A stretch of DNA of 64,000 nucleotides from Actinomycetota bacterium (GTDB taxonomy: Bacteria; Actinomycetota; UBA4738). Below, one piece after another: positions 8,917-21,153 of this stretch. The stretch spans positions 6,700 through 70,699 of the forward strand of contig JBOGVA010000056.1 in NCBI GenBank assembly GCA_050692195.1, written 5' to 3'. The notes beneath the pieces are model-generated. The model did not search any database. It was not told the origin of the DNA and saw nothing but the letters and a program-made list of their open reading frames with translations. The position numbers and the translations under genes are program-made. How positions within the stretch are numbered: the first letter of the stretch is position 1; the number at the start of each line of letters is the position of its first letter.

Positions 8917-10417
8917 GCTGTCACCAAGCAAGCCGACAGTCGCGATGCGACAAAAGCTCGTGCGGCTCCGCAGCCTGGGGACTGAGCCGTTTGCACTTCG
9001 CTTCAAGCGCGCTCGGCCGGTTCACCACATCAAGCGCAAATTCGAGCATCTGATCCCTGGACAAGAAGATTCAAGCCGAATACGAGTGGCGGGCCGAATC
9101 CGCCAGATTAGGCTCCATGGCCGCCTCGCATTCGCGACGTTGCAGGATTCAAGTGAAGCTATTCAGCTTGTCTTCGAGGATTCATTCCTTCTCTCGCGAA
9201 CACCACGCTCGATACGCCGGCCCACCAAGGAGATTACGGAACTGCTCGATATCGGCGACATTGTGGGCGCGGATGGGGCGCCCATCCGAACCCGAAAGGG
9301 TGAGCTCTCAGTCAAGGTCCACAAGTTGACCCTGCTGACCAAGGCCCTCCGGCCGCTGCCCGAGAAGTGGCACGGCCTGCGCGACCCCGAGGCGAAGCAG
9401 CGCCGGCGCTACCTGGACCTGGCCTCGAGCCTGGAGAGCCGTCACGTCGTGTGGGTCCGGGCCAAGGTGCTCAAGGCGTTTCGGCGGATCCTCGAGGAGC
9501 GGGGGTTCGTGGAGGTCGAGACCCCTGTCCTTCAGGTGACCGCAGGCGGAGCCCTGGCTCGGCCCTTCACGACGCGCCATCACGTTCTGGACATCTCTCT
9601 CTATCTCAGGGTGGCCCCGGAGCTGTATCTCAAGCGGCTCCTGGTGGGAGGCCTGGAACGCGTCTACGAGATCGGGCGGAACTTCCGAAACGAGGGGATC
9701 GACCGGGACCACAACCCCGAGTTCACGATGCTCGAGGCCTATCAGGCCTACGGCGATTACGAGGACATGATGGACCTCGCCGAGACGCTGATCCGAGAAG
9801 CAGCGCTTGCGGTCCGCGGGTCGCTCCGATTCGAGTATCGGGGACGCCCGCTCGATCTGGAACCCTCGTGGCGACGGGCGTCCTTGCTCGATCTCCTCTC
9901 GGAGGTGCTCGGCGAAGCGGTCGAGCTCGATCAGCGGAGCCTGGAGTCCGCGGCCGCGCGACACGGGCTCGAGGTGGATCCGGCCTGGGGTCCGGGGAAG
10001 ATCGCGCTGGAGTTGTACGAGAAGAGGGTGGAGAGGACCGTGTGGGACCCCACGTTCGTGATCGATTTCCCTCGCGAGGTGTCGCCGCTGGCCCGGGCCC
10101 ACCGGTCGAAACCAGGCCTGACCGAGCAGTTCGACCTGGTCATCGCGGGCATGGAGATGGGACCGGCCTACTCGGAGCTGACCGACCCCGACGAGCAGCG
10201 GGATCGGTTCCTGGCCCAGCAGGATCTCAGGCGGCGAGGCGACGAGGAGGCCCACCCCCTGGACGAGGACTTCCTGGAGGCCCTGGAGCACGGCATGCCG
10301 CCCGCGGGGGGAATCGGGATCGGTGTCGACCGGGTGACGATGATCCTGGCGGACGAGCCTTCGATCCGGGACGTCATCCTCTTCCCCCACCTCCGCCCGG
10401 AAACCGGCAAGGCTTGA
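8909..10417 (+). CDS. lysS: lysine--tRNA ligase (class II)
   Basis: The ATG at 8909 gives MTELSPSKPTVAMRQKLVRLR... Class II motifs FRNEGID and GGIGIGVDRVTMIL are present. It overlaps the coaX 3' end by 8 nt. Confidence 0.9.
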   Translation: MTELSPSKPTVAMRQKLVRLRSLGTEPFALRFKRARPVHHIKRKFEHLIPGQEDSSRIRVAGRIRQIRLHGRLAFATLQDSSEAIQLVFEDSFLLSRTPRSIRRPTKEITELLDIGDIVGADGAPIRTRKGELSVKVHKLTLLTKALRPLPEKWHGLRDPEAKQRRRYLDLASSLESRHVVWVRAKVLKAFRRILEERGFVEVETPVLQVTAGGALARPFTTRHHVLDISLYLRVAPELYLKRLLVGGLERVYEIGRNFRNEGIDRDHNPEFTMLEAYQAYGDYEDMMDLAETLIREAALAVRGSLRFEYRGRPLDLEPSWRRASLLDLLSEVLGEAVELDQRSLESAAARHGLEVDPAWGPGKIALELYEKRVERTVWDPTFVIDFPREVSPLARAHRSKPGLTEQFDLVIAGMEMGPAYSELTDPDEQRDRFLAQQDLRRRGDEEAHPLDEDFLEALEHGMPPAGGIGIGVDRVTMILADEPSIRDVILFPHLRPETGKA

Positions 10418-10436
10418 GGTCCGTCGGTATCTTCGA

Positions 10437-11843
10437 GTGATGGTTCGCCGACCCGCGCCCGTGATCACCCTTCTCGTCCTGGCCGCCGCCTGTACGTCGG
10501 GCGAGATGGTCCCTCGAGCTTCGCCCAGCGTCCCCGCGGTTGGGTCACCGAACCTGACGCCTACGCCGGCCCCGACCCCCGCCGAGGACCCGGTCGTGCT
10601 CGACGTGGTGGCGGACCTCGCTCCGTCCCCTGGAGGGCTTGGATCGCTGGAGGTGGGAAACACCTACATCGAAGGGATGCAGCTGGCGGTGCAGGAGGTG
10701 AACGGGCGCGGTGGGGTGAGCGGCCGCCCCGTCGAGCTGGCTCTGCACGACGACGAAGGACACCCGGAGCTGTTCGCTGGACTGATCGGGAGCCTGTTGG
10801 AGCAGGATGCGACAGCCATCCTGTACGCAGGTCCGGGGCCTGCCTTGACCCCGCTCCGACCCCAGTTCGCGGCTACCGGCACCCCGGTGATCCTCCTTGA
10901 AGGCGATCTCTACACGAGCCGGGGACTGTTCCCTCAGGTCTTCCAGACGAGCATCCCTTGGGCCTGGCAGGCGCACGACATCGCCCGCTACGTGGTCCGG
11001 GACCGAAAAGCAGAGGACATCGTGTTCGTCGGGACGGGGCCGGAGGCGCCGGTGGCTCGCCGGGCGCTGCGGGGCGCGCTTGAGTACTGGGGCGGCCGCC
11101 TGGCAGCCGGGTTCGATGATCGGTCCCGTGACGAGCGAGGGCTTTCGAGGGCGTTCGAGCGCGCTGCCAGGGCTGATTGGGCTGTTGCATTCGGGCCGCA
11201 GGTCGATGCGCTCGAGGTGGTGAACGCGATCGAGGAGGCAGCGGAGGCCAAGCCAGGCATCACCGGCCCGGCGGCCCTGCTGATTTCCCATCCTGCTCTG
11301 GCCGATCCGGAACCCGGGACCAGTGCTTGCTACACGTACACCTGGGCCGGATGGGCAGACCCCATCCCGAGGGTAGGCAGGTTCCGGCGGCGCTTCGAGA
11401 GGTTTGCGGGACGCCTCCCGCAGGGCCTGGAACAGGAGGGGTACGACGCGATCCGTGCCCTGGTGGTGGCCCTTCGGAAGACGGGCGGCCGAGGGGGAGA
11501 CGAGCTGAGGAAGCAGCTCGAGCAGATCAAGGGGCGGCTGTTCTCGGGGTTCCCCGTGGACCTGGGACCTGACGACCACGTCTTCCCGCCGCGGGACGAG
11601 CTGGGACTGTTCGCCGTGGCCGGACCGGACGAACGGCTCGATCCGTGGCAGGCGCCCCCCACCGCGACAAAGGGTGTGTGGAGGGCGGTGATGCGAACCT
11701 TCACCTACGACGGTCAGCGCACCAATGTCCTCGACCGGGACCGGAGGGTCTTCTTCCCCTTCTGGAACAAGCGCGTCCCCGCCCCGGGGTACTGGCGGTC
11801 CCGCTTCGGGATCGTCACGCGTCCCAGGGACCCGCTGCACTAG
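10437..11843 (+). CDS. lipoprotein, type-1 periplasmic solute-binding protein (Leu/Ile/Val-binding-like); no permease genes nearby
   Basis: Signal/lipobox LLVLAAACTSG. GNTYIEGMQLAVQEVNGRGGVSGRPVEL resembles LivK-type binding proteins. Confidence 0.7.
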   Translation: MMVRRPAPVITLLVLAAACTSGEMVPRASPSVPAVGSPNLTPTPAPTPAEDPVVLDVVADLAPSPGGLGSLEVGNTYIEGMQLAVQEVNGRGGVSGRPVELALHDDEGHPELFAGLIGSLLEQDATAILYAGPGPALTPLRPQFAATGTPVILLEGDLYTSRGLFPQVFQTSIPWAWQAHDIARYVVRDRKAEDIVFVGTGPEAPVARRALRGALEYWGGRLAAGFDDRSRDERGLSRAFERAARADWAVAFGPQVDALEVVNAIEEAAEAKPGITGPAALLISHPALADPEPGTSACYTYTWAGWADPIPRVGRFRRRFERFAGRLPQGLEQEGYDAIRALVVALRKTGGRGGDELRKQLEQIKGRLFSGFPVDLGPDDHVFPPRDELGLFAVAGPDERLDPWQAPPTATKGVWRAVMRTFTYDGQRTNVLDRDRRVFFPFWNKRVPAPGYWRSRFGIVTRPRDPLH

Positions 11844-11994
11844 CCGGCACGAAACGAAGGCTCCCGCTAATCCTGGGGAAGGGACGGCCCGAATAACTTG
11901 TTGAGAGGAACTTGGCGCCGCCTTCCGTCGTCACAGAAAGAGGACGACCCAGACAGGGGCTAGGACGATCGGGGGGTTAGTCTGACCCCACGGG

Positions 11995-12000
11995 TATAAT
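11995..12000 (+). promoter_or_regulatory. possible -10 hexamer (TATAAT) for clpC, giving a ~125-nt leader
   Basis: Perfect TATAAT at 11995-12000 in the 282-nt intergenic region. No convincing -35. A CGCTCGGGGCG element at about 12013-12023 loosely resembles ClgR-type operators. Confidence 0.3.
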
Positions 12001-12124
12001 CGCTGTCGGAGGCGCTCGGGGCGCGGTACGCGCCACCAGGGCGCCTTCTTGGCCCGAGGGATGTGGGCCCGGATTTGCGGGGCAAGATCCAACGGGGCCG
12101 AGGGATCGGCCCGGAGGGAACGAG

Positions 12125-14599
<2,475 letters not shown>

Positions 14600-14621
14600 G
14601 GGGTACGCGAGCTTCCCCAGC

Positions 14622-14652
14622 CACGGAGGGAATGTAGCTAGGTCCCTCCGTG
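14622..14652 (+). terminator. stem-loop after clpC (10-bp perfect stem, no clear U-tract)
   Basis: CACGGAGGGA-atgtagctagg-TCCCTCCGTG, read directly 23 nt after the clpC stop. Confidence 0.4.
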
Positions 14653-14815
14653 ACGTCGCTGAGAGGGAAGCGGCAGGCCGGGACGCCGGCAGGCCGTCAA
14701 GGGCGGAGCCCAGTGGCCCACGGGTCACTGGGCTCTCGCCATTGCAGGCAAGAACCAGCGGTTACGCTAGCTTGGTCTGGCGCTGAATGGGCGGCGATCG
14801 CTACAGGGGCGATCG

Positions 14816-15070
14816 CTACAGCTTTGGGGCGTCGTCCTCTTCGTCGGACGTGTCCTGGCTCGACGTCTCCTCGTCGGTGGTGTCGGTGTCGTCGTCCCCG
14901 GTGTCTCCCGTCGTGGTCGGAGTGGGCGCGGGTGTGACGTCCCCCGTGGCGAAGGCGGGAGGAGCGACGGTCTGCACTATGGGCGCTGCCCACGCGGCGG
15001 CGAGTCCTGTCAGCGCTGCCTTGCGGAGGAACGTCCTGCGCTCGAGTCCGGTTGATTCCTCAGCATCCAT
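14816..15070 (-). CDS. small Tat-signal protein with a hyper-acidic Thr/Asp/Glu-rich mature part
   Basis: 84 aa. Twin-arginine motif ERRTFLRKAALTGLAAAWAAP, AFA-T cleavage-like site, then TGDTGDDDTDTTDEETSSQDTSDEEDD. Confidence 0.5.
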   Translation of the reverse strand: MDAEESTGLERRTFLRKAALTGLAAAWAAPIVQTVAPPAFATGDVTPAPTPTTTGDTGDDDTDTTDEETSSQDTSDEEDDAPKL

Positions 15071-15197
15071 GGCGGGCTCCTCTAGCTTGCTTTGGTTGTT
15101 GGCACAAGCGTAGTCCCGTGACAGATGGCGAGGCCATACGGCACAGCCCGTATCTTTTCCGGCCTAGTATCGGGTCCGACGTTCCCCGAGGTGGGTC

Positions 15198-16043
15198 ATG
15201 AGCCGAGACAAGTCGAGCTGGGGCTTCCGTCAGGGGGATGAGATCGCGCTCGGGCGGTATGCGCTTCAGCTGTTGGGCGATGGGGCCACGTCCGAGGTCT
15301 ACCTGGCCTGGGACGACCGACTGTTCTGTCTGGTGGTCGCCAAGGTGGTCCGTCCGGACCTGGTGGGCACGTCCAGAGGGGTTCGACGGCTTGCTCGGGA
15401 GGCCGAGGCACTGAGCAGACTTTCACATCCCCTGATCCTCCGTTGCTTCGAGGCCGTACTCGATGGCGACCGCCCCCACCTGGTGGAAGAGTTCGTCGAG
15501 GGAATGCCGCTTTGGGCTCGCGTGCGGCGGGCTGGCCTGGAGCTCGAGCAGCTGCTTCCACTCTTCCTTCGGCTCTGCTCTGCGCTGCACTACCTGGAGG
15601 GAGAGCGGATGGTCCACCTCGATGTGAAGCCCGGAAACATCATCCTGGGGGCTCAGCCCAGGCTCATCGACTTCAGCCTGGCCCGCACCGTGACAGAGGC
15701 CGGAACCATCTCGAGGCGAGTCGGCACCGACGCCTACATGGCCCCGGAGACCTGTGACCCGCCTGCACTGGGGCCGATCGGCACCCCTGCCGACGTGTGG
15801 GGGCTGGGCGCCACGATGTATCACGCGGTCGCGGGACGGGTCCCCTTCCCGCGGATCAAGGGCTTCGACGAACACGATCTCCCCGCGCGGTTTCCCCAGC
15901 TTGATCGGGGACCTGAGCCTCTGCCGGAGGGCCTCCCGGACCCGTTAGCTCCTTTGATCATGCGCTGCCTGAGCAAGGAGCCGAGCGACAGACCCTCTGC
16001 CTCCGAGGTCGGGCTGGCCCTGGAGCGATCGGTCGCCGGCTGA
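15198..16043 (+). CDS. Ser/Thr protein kinase (kinase domain only, 281 aa)
   Basis: VVAKVV Lys region, HLDVKPGNIIL catalytic loop, IDFSLA, GTDAYMAPE. Confidence 0.85.
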   Translation: MSRDKSSWGFRQGDEIALGRYALQLLGDGATSEVYLAWDDRLFCLVVAKVVRPDLVGTSRGVRRLAREAEALSRLSHPLILRCFEAVLDGDRPHLVEEFVEGMPLWARVRRAGLELEQLLPLFLRLCSALHYLEGERMVHLDVKPGNIILGAQPRLIDFSLARTVTEAGTISRRVGTDAYMAPETCDPPALGPIGTPADVWGLGATMYHAVAGRVPFPRIKGFDEHDLPARFPQLDRGPEPLPEGLPDPLAPLIMRCLSKEPSDRPSASEVGLALERSVAG

Positions 16044-16102
16044 GACGCTTCACCCACGGCCTTCGTTGAGGTCGTGTCACACCCCCGCGGTATGGTCGCG
16101 AC

Positions 16103-17578
16103 GTGGGCAAGGTCAAGCGGCTGTTCGTGTGCGGGAGCTGTCAGCGGCCCTCCGCGCAGTGGTCGGGGAAGTGCGCGGCCTGCGGGGGGTGGGGCACGGT
16201 GAACGAGCACCCCGTGGGAAGCGCCTCCCGTCCGCGTGCGGGGAGCGCCGTCTCGCCGGCAGTCCTGACCCTTGCCCCGGAACCCGAGGAGCACCGGATC
16301 TCCACCGGCTTCGCCAACGTCGATCGCGTGCTGGGCGGTGGGCTGGTCCCGGGTTCGGTGGTCCTCCTGGCAGGGGCGCCCGGCATCGGCAAGTCGACCC
16401 TTCTCCTCCAGCTGGCGTCGCACTTGGCTGCGGCCGGGCACCCCTGCCTCGTCGCATCCGGAGAGGAGTCCCGGCGGCAGGTCGCCGGCCGGGCCGACCG
16501 GCTTGGGATCGAAGGCGAGGGGATCGAATACGTATCCGGTCGCGATCTGGGGGAGGTGCTCGACGCGGCACGCGCCAGACGTCCGGCGGTGCTGATCGTG
16601 GACTCGATCCAGAGCATTCGGGATCAGGAGTCGGAGGCGTTGCCCGGAGGAGTGGCGCAGGTACGGACGTGCGCCGACGCGTTGATCTCCCTGGCCAAGG
16701 AGCACGACGTGACGGTCCTGCTCGTCGGTCACGTGACGAAGGAAGGGGACCTGGCGGGCCCGCGCACCCTGGAGCACGCCGTGGATGCCGTGCTCATCTT
16801 CGAAGGGGATCATCGATCCGGCCTTCGGATCCTGGCGGGAGGCAAGAACCGGTTCGGACCCGAGGGCGAGGTGGCCACGTACGAGATGACCGCCGCCGGG
16901 CTCATCCAGACGGAGGCGGGACCCCGTATCGGGGACGGGCGGCTCGAGCCCGGGTGCGCCACGGCTCTGGCGCTTGCCGGTAGGCGGGCATTTGCCGTAG
17001 ATGTCCAGGCCCTCGTGGTCTCCTCCGATGGCCCTCCAAGGCGCCAGGTATCCGGCCTCGACCCTCGACGCTTCCACATCGTGGCCGCCGTGGTCGACCG
17101 CGCGTTGCAGCTCGGACTGACCCGCTGCGAGCTCTACGGCGCGTCATCCGGGGGCTTTCGGCTCGACGACCCGGGCACGGACCTGGCCGTGGCAGCTGCG
17201 CTGGCGTCGGCAAGCACCGGCGTCCCTCCGCCGCCCGGCACGGGGTTCGTGGGGGAAGTCTCCTTGAGCGGATTGCTGCGGCCGGCTCCCGGGCTCGAGT
17301 ACCGGCTGTCGGCGGCCCTTGCGGCCGGCCTGGAGACGGTAGTCGTTCCGACCGGTGGGCCACCGACCGAGCGCTCGGCTCGTGGGCCGCGCGTGATCGA
17401 AGCCCGCCACTTGCGCGAGGCCCTCGGGTGGGCGGGAGGCCGAGCATGGGCCGAGCCCCAGGGAAGCGCCCCCGTCCCTCCGAGACGCGCTCGCCCTAGG
17501 AAGCCTCTCAAATCTTCAGGCGGTCCCCCTCATGCGGGCTCGATGACGATCATGGCGACGGGCTCGGTCCAGCCGTAG
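16103..17578 (+). CDS. radA: DNA repair protein RadA
   Basis: Zinc finger FVCGSCQRPSAQWSGKCAACGGWGT. Walker A GAPGIGKSTLLLQ. GGKNRFGP motif. Lon-like C-terminus. The 3' tail overlaps the convergent gene by ~49 nt. Confidence 0.9.
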   Translation: MGKVKRLFVCGSCQRPSAQWSGKCAACGGWGTVNEHPVGSASRPRAGSAVSPAVLTLAPEPEEHRISTGFANVDRVLGGGLVPGSVVLLAGAPGIGKSTLLLQLASHLAAAGHPCLVASGEESRRQVAGRADRLGIEGEGIEYVSGRDLGEVLDAARARRPAVLIVDSIQSIRDQESEALPGGVAQVRTCADALISLAKEHDVTVLLVGHVTKEGDLAGPRTLEHAVDAVLIFEGDHRSGLRILAGGKNRFGPEGEVATYEMTAAGLIQTEAGPRIGDGRLEPGCATALALAGRRAFAVDVQALVVSSDGPPRRQVSGLDPRRFHIVAAVVDRALQLGLTRCELYGASSGGFRLDDPGTDLAVAAALASASTGVPPPPGTGFVGEVSLSGLLRPAPGLEYRLSAALAAGLETVVVPTGGPPTERSARGPRVIEARHLREALGWAGGRAWAEPQGSAPVPPRRARPRKPLKSSGGPPHAGSMTIMATGSVQP

Positions 17579-18210
17579 AGATCCGGATCAAGGTCACCCA
17601 CGCCGAGGATCCCAGGGTGCGGCCTGATCAGCTCACCCTCGGGGTCACGCACGAACGGATTTCCGCAGCAGGGACCGGGGATGAACTCCATGAGTTCGTT
17701 GTTCTTCTCGCTCCCCGCATCGTAGGCCATGGTCCGGAGGGCCCCGACTCGCGATCGCACTTGGAGCGCGTCGGTGCCAGTGAACGCATCGTTCGTGTTG
17801 ACGAGCATGGTCAACACGGTCAGCCGGTCGAATCCTCCAACCGTCCGGACGAAGTATGTCCGTGACTCACCCGACGGGATGGGGCCTCCCTCGCCGGTGA
17901 ACACTTCCTTCACCCCTGGGAGCTGCGCCAGAGCGGACTCGGCCGGCGCGTTGATGGCGTCTTCGGCGATTCCGGCGACCACGTGGGTGGCGACATCGCC
18001 GACGCCCCACACATCGGCGCGGTTCGAGTGGATGACGAACAGCGGTGGCGAGAACGGCTGTGAGCCCGGCGGCCCCGGACCAGAGGGCGTCAGATTGGTG
18101 ATGGTGATCTTCCACTCGCTGACTTGCTCACCGATCGCGGCGGATCCGAATGCAGTGAGGAGCGCAACGAGCAGAGCTAACCCGAGCACGAGCGGGACGA
18201 TTCGTCGCAT
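17530..18210 (-). CDS. secreted spondin_N-like domain protein
   Basis: The ATG at 18210 is preceded by GGAGGA and gives signal peptide MRRIVPLVLGLALLVALLTAFGSAA. ITITNLTP...FSPPLFVIHS...MLVNTNDAF resembles spondin N-terminal domains. Confidence 0.6.
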   Translation of the reverse strand: MRRIVPLVLGLALLVALLTAFGSAAIGEQVSEWKITITNLTPSGPGPPGSQPFSPPLFVIHSNRADVWGVGDVATHVVAGIAEDAINAPAESALAQLPGVKEVFTGEGGPIPSGESRTYFVRTVGGFDRLTVLTMLVNTNDAFTGTDALQVRSRVGALRTMAYDAGSEKNNELMEFIPGPCCGNPFVRDPEGELIRPHPGILGVGDLDPDLYGWTEPVAMIVIEPA

Positions 18211-18453
18211 CCTGTCCTCCTTTTCTTCGACCTGGCAAGACCGTAACAAGCGGTCCTCGTTTCGGATGCCTCGTTCGCTTACAGGAGCCTTAAATCGCGG
18301 AGCCGGTCACCTGCCCCCCAATGCTGGCGATCGGGATCCCCTGCTCCCGAAGGAGCGCTTTCGGCGAAGCCGACGCATCGAAAGCCGCATGCGGTCGACA
18401 GCCGAAGAGAAGGGACGGGACGGCCAAATGCCCCGCTGACCAGCACTTTTGAG

Positions 18454-18483
18454 TTGCAGGGGCTGGCACTCGCATGCTATCCT
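18454..18483 (+). promoter_or_regulatory. candidate carD promoter (TTGCAG-18 nt-TATCCT)
   Basis: Hexamers read directly upstream of the carD start. Weak, unverified. Confidence 0.3.
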
Positions 18484-18505
18484 GGCTGTCTCGCACGTGA
18501 GTCCA

Positions 18506-19012
18506 ATGCGTACACGAGGGAGTCTTGTGTTCAACAAGGGAGACAAGGTCGTCTATCCGCATCACGGAGCGGCTGTAATCGAAGACCTCGTGGAACGGGA
18601 GATTCTCGGCGAAACCAGGACGTATTTCAAGCTTCGGCTGGCCCACGGCGACCTCACCCTGATGGTGCCAATCGACAACACCCGGGAAGTGGGCCTGCGA
18701 GGAGTGATCTCCAGGCGAGAGGTCCGGAAGGTGTTCGATCTCCTCCGGGAGGAGGAGGCCAGGATGCCCACGAACTGGAGCCGCCGCTACAAGACGAACC
18801 TGGCAAAGCTCAGCTCCGGCGATGTCTATCAGGTGGCGGAGGTGGTCAGGAACCTCTCCTGCCGCGAGAAGGAGAAGGGGCTTTCGGCCGGGGAGAAGCA
18901 CATGCTGGCAAAGGCCCGCCAGATCCTCATCTCCGAACTGACCTTCGCCTTCGACTCGACAGAGGAGAAGGCCGAGGCCATGCTCGACAAGGTTCTCGAA
19001 GAAGTTCACTGA
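18506..19012 (+). CDS. carD: CarD-family RNA polymerase-binding transcription regulator
   Basis: FNKGDKVVYPHHGAAVIEDL...TYFKL...LMVP is the CarD/CdnL N-domain. Start is ATG 18506 or GTG 18527. A hairpin CCGTCCG-cgcga-CGGACGG follows the stop. Confidence 0.9.
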   Translation: MRTRGSLVFNKGDKVVYPHHGAAVIEDLVEREILGETRTYFKLRLAHGDLTLMVPIDNTREVGLRGVISRREVRKVFDLLREEEARMPTNWSRRYKTNLAKLSSGDVYQVAEVVRNLSCREKEKGLSAGEKHMLAKARQILISELTFAFDSTEEKAEAMLDKVLEEVH

Positions 19013-19327
19013 ACCGCCGTCCGCGCGACGGACGGATCTCTCCCACCGGTCCCGCGCCGGCCGTGATCTCAAGCCTCATCTCCATCCTCCCGAAGAACGA
19101 ATCGGAGGCATGCCTCGCCGGCGCCTCGGGATCGCCGTGCCCGAAGATCCGCCGGCCGGGCTACCAAGGGTATGGGCAAGAAGCAGGTGGCGTCCGAGCT
19201 GGAGGATCTCCTCGTTCAGAAAGAGGGCCCTCGCCCGCTTCCACGAACTCACGCCATCCGCACCGAGCTCCAGGTCGCGCCGATCACGAGCTCGCCGCAG
19301 GATGGTGGCCTCGAGCAGAAGGACGGG

Positions 19328-20389
19328 ATGAGGGCATGGCATGCGCGGGGCCTTCTGATCGAGTCCGTGCGGTTGGTCGTCGTGGCGCTCTTCGCCGTCT
19401 TCGGCTGGGAGGTCACGTACCTGGTGAGCCCAAGCCCTCGGCAGCATCTGGTGGGCATCCTGCTCGGTTCGGCCGTCGGATACGTCCTGGGCGGTGTGTT
19501 CGGGCGTCAGACGGAGACGGCGGTCCGGCGATTCGAACGAGAGCTCAAGCGAGTACCCGCAGCGGAGATCCTGGCTGGAGGCATGGGCATGATCCTCGGC
19601 CTCGTTCTGGCCACCTTGCTGTCACTGCCCTTGTTCCATCTTCCGGCCACGGTCGCCTACCCCGCTGTGGCCTTCGCGTACGTGGTCACGGGATATCTCT
19701 GCTACCGGGTCGGGAGGTCCAAGAGCAACGAGCTGTTCGCCATGTTCGGGGTCAAGCCACGTGCCGCGGGGACCCGCCCCGGCGAGGTCGCCATCCTGGA
19801 CTCGAGCGCCATCCTGGACGGGCGGATCCTGCCGCTCATCCAGATGGGATTCCTGGGAGGCTCGCTGCTCGTCACCCGGAGCGTGCTCGGAGAGCTTCAC
19901 GCCGTCGCCGACTCCTCGAGCACCAGCCGCCGAGTTCGCGGACGCCGGGGCCTGGATCTGCTGGTCGCGCTGAACCGTGACCCCACCGTGGACATGGTGC
20001 TGATCGAGGACGAAGAGATCGTCCACGGCGAGGCGGTGGACGTGCAGCTCGTCCGCCTGGCGAAGGCGCGAGGGGCCACGCTGGTCACCAACGATGGAAA
20101 CCTGGGCAAGGTCGCCGCCGCCCTGGACGTACCGGTGCGCTCGATCCACGCCCTGGCGGAGGCACTTCGGCCCGAGGTGGTTTCCGGAGACCACGTCCAG
20201 GTACAACTGACTCGCCGGGGACGGGAAAGCGGCCAGGCCGTGGGATACCTGGAGGACGGAACGATGGTGGTCGTGGAGGAGGCCGACCATCTTCTCGGAG
20301 ATACGGTGAGCGCGACGGTCACGAACGCCCTGCAGACCTCTACGGGGCGCCTGATCTTCGCCAGGGTGACCGGAGATCAACAGGCCTGA
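19328..20389 (+). CDS. integral-membrane PIN/TRAM-domain protein (YacL-like)
   Basis: Four hydrophobic helices. PIN (VAILDSSAILDGRI...TNDGNL). C-terminal TRAM (GDHVQVQLTRRGRESGQAVGYLEDGTMVVVEEA). ATG 19328 is preferred, but the ORF is open from 19172. Confidence 0.8.
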   Translation: MRAWHARGLLIESVRLVVVALFAVFGWEVTYLVSPSPRQHLVGILLGSAVGYVLGGVFGRQTETAVRRFERELKRVPAAEILAGGMGMILGLVLATLLSLPLFHLPATVAYPAVAFAYVVTGYLCYRVGRSKSNELFAMFGVKPRAAGTRPGEVAILDSSAILDGRILPLIQMGFLGGSLLVTRSVLGELHAVADSSSTSRRVRGRRGLDLLVALNRDPTVDMVLIEDEEIVHGEAVDVQLVRLAKARGATLVTNDGNLGKVAAALDVPVRSIHALAEALRPEVVSGDHVQVQLTRRGRESGQAVGYLEDGTMVVVEEADHLLGDTVSATVTNALQTSTGRLIFARVTGDQQA

Positions 20390-20429
20390 TCCGTCCGGGC
20401 TGCGCCCTCGAAACCGATACGCTCCTTCA

Positions 20430-21143
20430 GTGATGAGCGAAAGCGTCTCCGTTCGAACCGTGGCGCTTCTCCTGGCCGCAGGTTCGGGAAGCCGGCTGGG
20501 TGGGCGGCCGAAAGCCTTCCTCGAGGTCGCCGGGGAACCCCTGTTCCTTCACTCCCTTCGCTCCTTGGTGGCCTGTTCCATGGTCCACGGGGTCGTGATG
20601 ATGGTTCCGGAAGGGTCCGCCGGCGCTGCCGAGAGGTCGGAGGAAGCGCTCCACCTGGCTCCGGGGTTCCTGACCGCTCGGGTGGGAGGGGTGAGCCGTC
20701 AGGACTCCGTCCGGCTGGGGCTCGCGGCCGTCCCGGCCGAGACCGAGGCCATCGTCTGTCACGACGCGGCCCGACCCTTCGCTAGCGCCGATCTGTTCCG
20801 GCGAGTCCTCGCCGGCCTGCAGTCGGCGGACGGAATCGTGCCCTTGATCCCTACCCCTGACACGGTCAAGCGGGTGAGGGAGGGCAGGATCATCGAAACC
20901 ATCCCCCGGAATGAGATCGGGCTCGCCCAAACTCCCCAAGCCTTCCGGGCGCGCGCACTAAAGCGAGCTCACGAGCTGGCCTCGAGGTCGGGGCTCGATG
21001 GAACTGACGATGCGGTACTGCTCGAGTCGGCCGGCTATCGGGTCGTGGCGGTGGAAGGAGAGCCCGACAACTTCAAGGTGACGACCCCCGAAGATCTCCT
21101 CCGGGCGGAAGCTATCCTGGCCGCACGGCACGGGGCCAGGTGA
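20430..21143 (+). CDS. ispD: 2-C-methyl-D-erythritol 4-phosphate cytidylyltransferase
   Basis: LLAAGSGSRLGG, VCHDAARPF and QTPQAF motifs. Confidence 0.9.
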   Translation: MMSESVSVRTVALLLAAGSGSRLGGRPKAFLEVAGEPLFLHSLRSLVACSMVHGVVMMVPEGSAGAAERSEEALHLAPGFLTARVGGVSRQDSVRLGLAAVPAETEAIVCHDAARPFASADLFRRVLAGLQSADGIVPLIPTPDTVKRVREGRIIETIPRNEIGLAQTPQAFRARALKRAHELASRSGLDGTDDAVLLESAGYRVVAVEGEPDNFKVTTPEDLLRAEAILAARHGAR

Positions 21144-21153
21144 AAGGCGCGCC

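Noticed and set aside
12008-12034. ClgR-like operator (CGCTCGGGGCG) and a small GC hairpin in the clpC leader.
   Set aside because: It only partly matches the ClgR consensus as I remember it. GC-rich palindromes are frequent here by chance.
14794-14821. A 13-nt direct repeat, GCGATCGCTACAG x2 with period 15, containing the HIP1-like palindrome GCGATCGC.
   Set aside because: There are only two copies, spanning the stop codon of the small Tat-signal ORF. This is too short for a CRISPR array, a mobile-element end or a meaningful tandem array. It is probably local slippage.
17440-17578. The ~45-aa Pro/Arg-rich C-terminal tail of RadA, overlapping the convergent spondin-like gene by 49 nt, as a novel domain.
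   Set aside because: It is a low-complexity read-through after the Lon-like domain. It probably just reflects the position of the first stop codon in GC-rich sequence.
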